Assembly (NCBI GenBank): GCA_964591795.1
Contig: CAZQEL010000019.1
Location: forward strand, 1-16,112
DNA: 16,112 nucleotides
Direction: 5' to 3'
Origin: an uncultured archaeon
Lineage (GTDB): Archaea > Iainarchaeota > Iainarchaeia > Iainarchaeales > CSSED10-239
Positions 6,951-14,094 of the stretch are shown here, piece after piece. The notes under the pieces are model-generated. The model was not told where the DNA came from. It was given only the letters and a program-made list of their open reading frames with translations, and searched no databases. The position numbers and the translations under genes are program-made. Every line of letters starts with the position of its first letter. The first letter of the stretch is position 1.

Positions 6951-7688
6951 ATGAATTTAATAAAACAAATTAAAGGTCAAGCTGCAATGACAGACTCTTT
7001 ATTTTTTTTAACTATAATTGTAGCGCTTTGTGTTTTATTATTTAATTTTTCTGCAACATATGGAGAAAGAACAGATTTTGCAATAAATAATCTTTATTTT
7101 AAAGAATATACAAATTCAAGTCTTAAGGCTATTTTTTATACAGATATTCCTTTAAATTTTACAAAGGACATAAATAGTTTAGAAACTGATTATTTAATTA
7201 CAGCATTAAAAAGTGATTTCTTACCTGATAGAAAAATAGGAGATAGTGACATTAATTCTTTAAGTAATGGAAATATAAGAGATCTTTCTAAATACAATCT
7301 TTTTTATACAATTAAATCATTAATGTATCCATTACCAAATTATGATTATTTATATTATATACAAGAAATAGATACAACAAATTTTATTTATTTTATGTTA
7401 AAAATAAATGAAGTTAATGATAATAAAATTATTTCTAGATATTATTTATGTGAACCATTAAGTATAAATCCGATAAGAGCTTTGGTTCAAAATGCAAATA
7501 AAATATATTCTTCTTCAACTCCATTAGTTTTTAAATTTAAAGAAAATTCTGGTCAAAATGAAGTAAGAACTGTTTCTAATTTAACTATTTGGCCATCTAC
7601 AAATAGTATTAATGATGAAATTATAACAAATACAAAAATAGAAAATAGTGTTAATTTAAAATGTAAAGAATATATTGAAGGACCTTAA
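6951..7688 (+). CDS. Pilin-like protein with class III signal peptide (KQIKG|QAAMTDSLFFLTIIVALCVLLF)
   Basis: 245-aa ORF with the KGQA motif and a hydrophobic helix. There are 2 Cys outside the helix. The mature domain is N/Y/I-rich with no recognisable fold motif. Confidence 0.65.
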   Translation: MNLIKQIKGQAAMTDSLFFLTIIVALCVLLFNFSATYGERTDFAINNLYFKEYTNSSLKAIFYTDIPLNFTKDINSLETDYLITALKSDFLPDRKIGDSDINSLSNGNIRDLSKYNLFYTIKSLMYPLPNYDYLYYIQEIDTTNFIYFMLKINEVNDNKIISRYYLCEPLSINPIRALVQNANKIYSSSTPLVFKFKENSGQNEVRTVSNLTIWPSTNSINDEIITNTKIENSVNLKCKEYIEGP

Positions 7689-8329
7689 AATTTAAGGCCT
7701 AAATCATCTTCATTATTAGTATCATCTAACTCATCATCATCATCATCTGTTAATAAAGCATGCATTTCTGATTTTTTAGTTTTTTTCTTAGTTTTTTTAA
7801 TTGTTTTTGATTTTTTAGAAATTGATACTTTTGCTTCTTTTTTCTCTTTAGCACTTGCAACTGAATTTCTTATATCTTCATTTTCAAGTTGAACAAAAAC
7901 ATCTTCAACTAATAATTTCACACCATCATAATCTACAGGCACATCATTTTCTTTTGTTGCTCTATAATGTTTACTGTTTTTTATGGTTTGTTCAATTTTT
8001 TTCTTTTTAAAATCATAAAGAGTATCATCATTTTTTACTTGATTATAGATTGCATCTGTAATAGCATCTATATTAGGTGAGATAATTTCAGATAGATTTT
8101 CTAAAACTGATTGTATTTTTTTAGTTTTACCTGTAGTATTTGATTTTTTACCATTAATATTAAGAAGACTTTTTACAGGTTTTTTAGAATTTGATGATAA
8201 TTTATAATCACTTGTATACGTTTTAGAGCTATTTGAGTTAGTAGGCAAATCAGAATAAACAATGTCACCGTTTTCTTTATATTGTCTATAATGCCTTCTT
8301 TCTCGTCTAGGAATTTTATTTGAGTCCAT
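7685..8329 (-). CDS. Lys-rich, low-complexity, probably cytoplasmic protein with an acidic C-terminal tail; function unknown
   Basis: 214-aa ORF with no hydrophobic segment. It has a KKSKTIKKTKKKTKK stretch, then DDDDDELDDTNNEDDLGLKF at the C-terminus. The N-terminus MDSNKIPRR resembles that of the platform protein. An AAGGA lies about 12 nt upstream of the ATG. Confidence 0.6.
   Translation of the reverse strand: MDSNKIPRRERRHYRQYKENGDIVYSDLPTNSNSSKTYTSDYKLSSNSKKPVKSLLNINGKKSNTTGKTKKIQSVLENLSEIISPNIDAITDAIYNQVKNDDTLYDFKKKKIEQTIKNSKHYRATKENDVPVDYDGVKLLVEDVFVQLENEDIRNSVASAKEKKEAKVSISKKSKTIKKTKKKTKKSEMHALLTDDDDDELDDTNNEDDLGLKF
7731..7747 (-). repeat. Trinucleotide microsatellite (TCA)5.7 on the + strand, i.e. 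(GAT/GAC)n, encoding the poly-Asp run
   Basis: tcatcatcatcatcatc is read directly in the sequence, inside the 3' end of the 7685-8329 gene. Confidence 0.8.
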
Positions 8330-8390
8330 ATTTTACATATCCTTCATAATTATAAATATATCTATATAAAATAATATATATAATAAACCT

Positions 8391-8398
8391 TTTAAATC
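8391..8398 (+). promoter_or_regulatory. Candidate TATA box (TTTAAATC) for the 8457-13828 unit
   Basis: It sits in the 127-nt divergent intergenic region. An AAGAGGA SD-like site at 8444-8450 precedes the GTG start at 8457. Other TATA-like strings are present. Confidence 0.3.
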
Positions 8399-8456
8399 TT
8401 TCAATTAACTATTATATTATAATATAGACACTTTATATTTTAAAAGAGGACTTAAT

Positions 8457-8942
8457 GTGCAAAATATACTAACTATAATTTTAAATTATATTTTAATGAT
8501 ATTAAAAGTGATAGGTATATCCTTTTTGTGTGCATTACCTTTTTTCATAATAATTAAGCTTTTAAACAAAAAATATTTAAAACTTAAAAAGAAAACAAAT
8601 CAAATTATTTCAGTTTCTATTATTTTTTATATAATTAATGCAATTATATTAATTTTAATTTATTTTGTTCCAATTATAGGAACTGCTTTTAAAACTATGA
8701 CAACAATAAATATCGTTGTCTTTTTTATATATCATATAATACGATTATTATTAATAAATATTCTTTTAACAGGAATATTTATGATTCTTTCATTAATAAC
8801 CTTTGCAATCTATGATAAATTAAATAAAAAAAATAATTTTACATTAATAAAAAGTTTAACAATAACAAATATAATCTGTTTTGTTTTATTATTAATTTTT
8901 CCAAAAATAATAGCTATAATTATATATTTAATATATTTATAA
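8457..8942 (+). CDS. Small polytopic membrane protein, function unknown (GTG start)
   Basis: 161-aa I/L-rich ORF with about 5 TM segments. The overlapping ATG at 8455 runs into a stop after 5 codons, so GTG at 8457 is the usable start. It ends 14 nt before the giant ORF. Confidence 0.5.
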   Translation: MQNILTIILNYILMILKVIGISFLCALPFFIIIKLLNKKYLKLKKKTNQIISVSIIFYIINAIILILIYFVPIIGTAFKTMTTINIVVFFIYHIIRLLLINILLTGIFMILSLITFAIYDKLNKKNNFTLIKSLTITNIICFVLLLIFPKIIAIIIYLIYL

Positions 8943-8956
8943 AAAGATGATAAAAT

Positions 8957-11900
8957 ATGAATACAAATAAATTAATGTCAATATTTTTTTTAATATTAAT
9001 GATAAATGGAATTTTTGCATCGTCAATTGATCCAACAAGAATTGATACAAAAAATACTTTGAATTTTGCAGATGCTGCAGTTCCAAATCAATATACTTCA
9101 AGTCCTAATTTATCTTCTTGTTATACTGAGGAGTTATCTCCTGAAGCAGTTGAACGTATATGGAATGATATACTGGTAAAGGGGTTTACAGTTGATACCC
9201 TTACAAGTAATCAACCAGCAGACATCACACGTGAAACTTTAGAAAAAAGTGATGTTATAGTTACTTCACAGGATACAAAGAAAGATGATGTTGTTGGTAA
9301 AACAACAATGCCAAATCAAGTTATTAATCCTTTAGAAATACCTACAGTTTTAGGACAAGTTTGTTATGGACCTTTTTCTCAAGGTCTTAATCTTGATAAA
9401 ACACTCAGAGTTGGTAGATGTGAAGGAGATGTAAACTCAGCATGTTATCTTCAAAATGAAGGTCTTTTTAGACAGAATGGAAGATATGGTTTTTTTGATC
9501 AAACATATTCAATAGGTAAAGATATATTAGATATGATAGGTGTTAAAAAATTAAATCAAATTGGTAATGAAATAATAGACCCAACTCTTGATTATAATTC
9601 AAATGTAGATTTAGGATTATTTACTGATATGTCCTATGAAGAATTAGCTGAATTTAGAAGTTCTCAGTTTACTAATAATGATCTTACAGAAATACAAATA
9701 ACAAGACTTAATTTAATTTTAGATGATGCTATTCAAAATAGTATTATAACAAATTCTTTTAATGCAAGTATGGAAAGTACTTGTAATTCTGATAATTGTT
9801 ATATAAACATGTATTCTTTATTTGATAAAGTATTTAATCAATATTATTCTGCAGATTTAGTGTTTACTTCAATTTCTCCAATGCTATGGAAGTTTACAAG
9901 TAAAATATTTAATAAAATACCACTTCCTAAAAAATTAATTACTGAAAATAAAAATGGTTTTAATTCCATTAGAGGTAAAAATGGATTTTTAGATAATCTT
10001 TTAAATAAAAATATGAATCCAGTTCAATCTGCATTAAGCAGTTATAAATTAAATAAAATTACAAAAAATATGGATGTTTATATTGATGGACTTGCTAAAA
10101 GTAATAAAACAATAACAAAAACAATTAATAGATATAATCTTAAACCAGAATTTGATAAATATCTTGAAGCATTAAATTCTAAAAAAAATATTGATACTAT
10201 AAAAAATGAATTTTTCCAAACTGGTACTTTTGCAAAACTTAATAAAGCAAAACAAAGAGTGTTTATGCAATCTGTAATGGAATATGAAGGGAATATTAAA
10301 GCAGTAAGAACAATACATGATATAACTTCAAGTAATATTGATACTATTTTAACTGGATCAAATGCTAGAAAAATATTAATGGATAAAACAAAAACTATGG
10401 ATGATTTCTATGGTTCATTAACAAAAGAACAATATGATAATGTACAAATTGAAGTTTTAAGATCAAATAAACTTAATAAAGAATTTTCTGGATACACAAA
10501 TAATAAATTTAAATGGAAGGATGGTGCAGAAGATATTACTCTTTTAAAAGAAAGAGGTAAAATTATTGCAGGCGAAGACGAATTAATGAATAAGGTTAGA
10601 ATGAAAAATGAAGTTAATCCAATAGAACTTACAAATTCAAGTAAATTTGGTGATTTAATTGAAAAGGGAAATGGTGGAATTGGAGCATATGAAACTCAAA
10701 ATGTAATTGTAAATTTTGCAGATGGTCCTCAAACCATAAAAATGATTGTTCCTTATAAAGAAACAGTAGGTGCAGTAAACCCAGTAAATTATGCAAATAT
10801 TGCTAACTATAATTCAGCAGACATTTTAATTGATTACACTTCAAAAAAAGGAATTACAAAGCAAGTAAGAGGATCATTACTTGATATTTCAGATGTAGAT
10901 CCTGGATTAGGAATTACAGCAAAGAGTGTAAGTGAAAAAGCAGTTATTGCTGCAGATATGTCTAAATATGGAATAGATCCATTAGAAGTATCACTTGGTT
11001 ATATGGATAAACTTGGTATGAAAAAAATTAAAGATGCTGAAAAAGTTACAGAAGGAGTTACAAAAGTATTAACTGACCAAGGATGGGCAACAGGTAGAGG
11101 TCTAAATTATATTAATCAAAGAATGAAACAACAACATATAACAGAATGGAGTAAAAAACCATTTAATATGATAAGTAATTCCGCTAAAGCATATCTTTAT
11201 AATTTTGCATATTGGCAATTTAAAACAGCAGGTACTACACTTGGTGGAGCTTTAGATAAATACAGTATGTTTAGAGTTCCAGAAACATACACTTCAATAA
11301 TTTTTAAACATGGTACTTCTGGAGAAATATACAATGATTCATATATTGATTTCTTTGTAAACGATGGATCTGATCAGGGTGATCTATTCATGAAATATTT
11401 CAATTCCTTAATTTTTTGGATGGTAAACATACCAAAAGAAGCACTTGAAAATACAGAATGGGAAACAACCCAAGGTGTGTCAAACTGGATGACAAATATT
11501 ACAGAAGGACATATAAGAAGAAGTTTTACAAATGATATTGCAATTTTCACAGATTCTTTTAATAATGGGTGTAATACGGCATCATGCCAAATAAAACTTG
11601 GAGATTCAACTCTTCTTGAAAATACAACTAGAAAAAAATCAGTTGATTCAAATATTAGTCAAAATACTGAAATTAATTCTAAATTAGATATAAGTTATTT
11701 GACTGGAAATAGTATTAAAACTACAAGTTATTTATTAGAAAATACATCCGAAGAAAATATGGATGATTATGGTCAAACATTAATAGCTTTCTCACATCAT
11801 ACAGATTATGATGGATCTATGGGTGGTTCAACAACACAGGATTCAGTTAATTTACTTGCTGCACAAAAACAAGAAGATACATGTTCAGCTAAGCTTAGAA

Positions 11901-13828
11901 ATTTAGAAGTTATGGGAGTTCCAATTGGTTGGACAAACACATGGACTGATAAATCATATAGAGCAGGTTTAGTTGCTGCTGGATTTTCAAATATTGCATA
12001 CTATGCTTTAAGTGCACCACAACATGGTATAATGTTAGGTGCTGTATTTGGTGATGTTATACCACAAGTAACAATCGTACCTCAAATATATAACTGTGTA
12101 GATGATGAAGAAGGATATTATACACATTTCTTTGTTGCAAAAGAAGAATTTGAAAGAATAGAGAAAGATCCTAAAAATAAAATAGGAGATGTAATTTCAA
12201 AAGGAGCTGATTCTGTACAAAAAACATTAACAAATGTTACTAAAAATACAGAACTTCAAAACTCAATTACAAAAACAACTGAAGAAGTTAAAAACTTTGC
12301 AGAAACAAAAATTAAAGATAACCCAATAATGCAATCAAGAATAGAAACTCAAGGAGATACATCAGCTTCATTAAAAGGAAAACTTTTCTTTTTTGAACTA
12401 GGTGCATCATCAACTTGTAGAGCAAGTGGATATAATGACAAGGGTGTAGAACAATTAATTGATTCAAAATTAGGAGAAACCTTAGTTATTGATAAAGAAG
12501 AAGGAACCATATCAATTGTTGATAAAGATGGAAATATTAAAGAAATTATAGGTGTTGAAAATAAAGATTGGGTTAGATTAATTGCAACAAATTTAGGTAT
12601 ACCAGCTAAAGTTATTCCCCATAGTTTATCTTACATACCAGTACCTGATACAAATACACCTTTATTTAACATGGATGTTTTTGGTAATTTAAAAATAGAA
12701 GATATTGATTTTTTAAATTGTTTAAAATCAAATTATTTTGAACAAACAGGTCTTGAAATGACAGGTAATACTCTTACTGATTATTTAGGATCTGTAAAAC
12801 AAATAACTACAACAAATACAATAAATCCAAACTCACAATATGATGCAATACCAAAAGGAAGACAAGGAACAAATGAAATTGTTGTAGAAGGAACACCAAG
12901 AAAGATTGCAAATGGAGAAAATGCAAGAGTTACTGTTCTTGGAAATAGAATAACTAAAGTATATCCAATAGAAGGACAAGATGTAACTTTAGGTAAGAAT
13001 ATTGCAATCCAATTTGAAAGGGGACAATTAATCTATAATGGAGAAAAGAATAGTTACATTATGTGGGTTGAACAAACTTATGTAATGCATCAATCTGAAA
13101 TAAAAGGAATGGATATAACTCCAATTAAAGAAACTAACCCAGTTACAGGTTGTGAAGAAAATGCCTTTGAAATGGCAGTTAATCCTGACGCAAGTAATCC
13201 TGAGGCTATTGCTAAATCTACAGAAATGAATAAAGCTTTACAAAAAGTTGGTCCTTTCCAAATGTTTGAAACTGCAAGTAAGACTTTTATTTTCTATACA
13301 ACAGATGCTCCAGAGTGTCAAAATAGAATGAAGATTATTGATAAAAAGACAGGTGTTGTAACTGACCAAGCAATTGATGGAATAATAGCCACTCCTGATG
13401 GATTTATTGTTACAACTGAGGATGGTCAACAACATAACTTTGCTTTTTCAGCAGAGGATGGAGTACCTAAACTTAAGTATAATGACCAAATTGAAACTTT
13501 ATTGTCTGCTCAAGGTAAAAACGGAGCCTTTTGGTATGATCCAAAAACAGGTAATTGGACTACTGAAAACGGACATATGATTCCATTTAATCCTGAATAT
13601 AGGGATGGGGTTACCTTTAAAGTAGGTGAGGATGGAAAAACATATGGAACAACCATACAGAACCTAATGAATCCGTTCTCTGGAACTGGAAGCGATAGTG
13701 GAGGAAGTTTTAATATCCCTTTAACTCCTGAAAAATTCTTACCATTTGTGCTTTATGTTTTAGCAATAATGGGAAGTTTTATGTATTTGTTTAATAGAAA
13801 AGAAGAATTTTTTAAAAGAAAAAAATAA
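8957..13828 (+). CDS. Giant secreted, membrane-anchored surface protein (candidate adhesin or S-layer-like protein)
   Basis: 1623-aa ORF. The N-terminal Sec-type signal is MNTNKLMSIFFLILMINGIFA|SS. The C-terminus has TPEK + FLPFVLYVLAIMGSFMYLF + NRKEEFFKRKK (TM helix plus basic tail). There are 14 Cys, several in close pairs, and many N-x-S/T sequons. I recognise no catalytic motif. Confidence 0.8.
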   Translation: MNTNKLMSIFFLILMINGIFASSIDPTRIDTKNTLNFADAAVPNQYTSSPNLSSCYTEELSPEAVERIWNDILVKGFTVDTLTSNQPADITRETLEKSDVIVTSQDTKKDDVVGKTTMPNQVINPLEIPTVLGQVCYGPFSQGLNLDKTLRVGRCEGDVNSACYLQNEGLFRQNGRYGFFDQTYSIGKDILDMIGVKKLNQIGNEIIDPTLDYNSNVDLGLFTDMSYEELAEFRSSQFTNNDLTEIQITRLNLILDDAIQNSIITNSFNASMESTCNSDNCYINMYSLFDKVFNQYYSADLVFTSISPMLWKFTSKIFNKIPLPKKLITENKNGFNSIRGKNGFLDNLLNKNMNPVQSALSSYKLNKITKNMDVYIDGLAKSNKTITKTINRYNLKPEFDKYLEALNSKKNIDTIKNEFFQTGTFAKLNKAKQRVFMQSVMEYEGNIKAVRTIHDITSSNIDTILTGSNARKILMDKTKTMDDFYGSLTKEQYDNVQIEVLRSNKLNKEFSGYTNNKFKWKDGAEDITLLKERGKIIAGEDELMNKVRMKNEVNPIELTNSSKFGDLIEKGNGGIGAYETQNVIVNFADGPQTIKMIVPYKETVGAVNPVNYANIANYNSADILIDYTSKKGITKQVRGSLLDISDVDPGLGITAKSVSEKAVIAADMSKYGIDPLEVSLGYMDKLGMKKIKDAEKVTEGVTKVLTDQGWATGRGLNYINQRMKQQHITEWSKKPFNMISNSAKAYLYNFAYWQFKTAGTTLGGALDKYSMFRVPETYTSIIFKHGTSGEIYNDSYIDFFVNDGSDQGDLFMKYFNSLIFWMVNIPKEALENTEWETTQGVSNWMTNITEGHIRRSFTNDIAIFTDSFNNGCNTASCQIKLGDSTLLENTTRKKSVDSNISQNTEINSKLDISYLTGNSIKTTSYLLENTSEENMDDYGQTLIAFSHHTDYDGSMGGSTTQDSVNLLAAQKQEDTCSAKLRNLEVMGVPIGWTNTWTDKSYRAGLVAAGFSNIAYYALSAPQHGIMLGAVFGDVIPQVTIVPQIYNCVDDEEGYYTHFFVAKEEFERIEKDPKNKIGDVISKGADSVQKTLTNVTKNTELQNSITKTTEEVKNFAETKIKDNPIMQSRIETQGDTSASLKGKLFFFELGASSTCRASGYNDKGVEQLIDSKLGETLVIDKEEGTISIVDKDGNIKEIIGVENKDWVRLIATNLGIPAKVIPHSLSYIPVPDTNTPLFNMDVFGNLKIEDIDFLNCLKSNYFEQTGLEMTGNTLTDYLGSVKQITTTNTINPNSQYDAIPKGRQGTNEIVVEGTPRKIANGENARVTVLGNRITKVYPIEGQDVTLGKNIAIQFERGQLIYNGEKNSYIMWVEQTYVMHQSEIKGMDITPIKETNPVTGCEENAFEMAVNPDASNPEAIAKSTEMNKALQKVGPFQMFETASKTFIFYTTDAPECQNRMKIIDKKTGVVTDQAIDGIIATPDGFIVTTEDGQQHNFAFSAEDGVPKLKYNDQIETLLSAQGKNGAFWYDPKTGNWTTENGHMIPFNPEYRDGVTFKVGEDGKTYGTTIQNLMNPFSGTGSDSGGSFNIPLTPEKFLPFVLYVLAIMGSFMYLFNRKEEFFKRKK

Positions 13829-13829
13829 A

Positions 13830-13852
13830 TTTTTCTTTTTTTACTTTTTTTT
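13830..13852 (+). terminator. Candidate oligo-T terminator after the giant ORF
   Basis: T5, T7 and T8 runs follow immediately after the TAA at 13826-13828. Confidence 0.45.
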
Positions 13853-14005
13853 ATTTGGATTTCTAATAGGATTTTTTTTAATAATTTTATTTGGATTATT
13901 TCTACCTCTTTCATTTGTTTTTTCTTTTTTAAGATTACTATTTTTTTTATTTGTTATTCCAAAAGCATCTGTCTTAAATATTGATTTTCGTCTCATAATT
14001 GGCAT
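13841..14005 (-). CDS. Small, highly basic hypothetical protein (54 aa), not in the supplied ORF track
   Basis: My own translation is MPIMRRKSIFKTDAFGITNKKNSNLKKEKTNERGRNNPNKIIKKNPIRNPNKKK. A strong SD (AAAGGAGAG, reverse complement of 14012-14020) lies 8 nt upstream of the ATG (14005-14003). The stop is TAA at 13843-13841. Confidence 0.45.
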   Translation of the reverse strand: MPIMRRKSIFKTDAFGITNKKNSNLKKEKTNERGRNNPNKIIKKNPIRNPNKKK

Positions 14006-14046
14006 GTTTATCTCTCCTTTAAATTATTAGTTTACACATATATATA

Positions 14047-14054
14047 TTTAAACA
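14047..14054 (+). promoter_or_regulatory. Candidate TATA box (TTTAAACA) for the lysS operon
   Basis: It lies about 40 nt upstream of the ATG at 14095, followed by an AGGTGA SD at 14082-14087. Confidence 0.4.
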
Positions 14055-14094
14055 TATTTATATATAAATATATATTGTTTTAGGTGAAAAAATT

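Noticed and set aside
7685-8329. Interpreting the Lys-rich, acidic-tail protein as a ribosomal stalk (P1/L12-type) protein
   Set aside because: Only the acidic tail with a hydrophobic tip is reminiscent of stalk proteins. The protein is about twice the expected size, lacks the N-terminal dimerisation-domain pattern, and is not in a ribosomal gene context.
13398-13580. 60-aa plus-strand ORF in an alternative frame inside the giant ORF
   Set aside because: It is nested within the 1623-aa ORF, has no SD or promoter, and its sequence is low in information. It is most likely a chance open frame.
13727-13828. Calling the giant protein C-terminus a bona fide PGF-CTERM/ArtA substrate
   Set aside because: The literal PGF motif is absent (the sequence is PEKF-LPF). 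Only the general tripartite layout is similar, so it is reported as a hypothesis and not annotated as a sorting signal.
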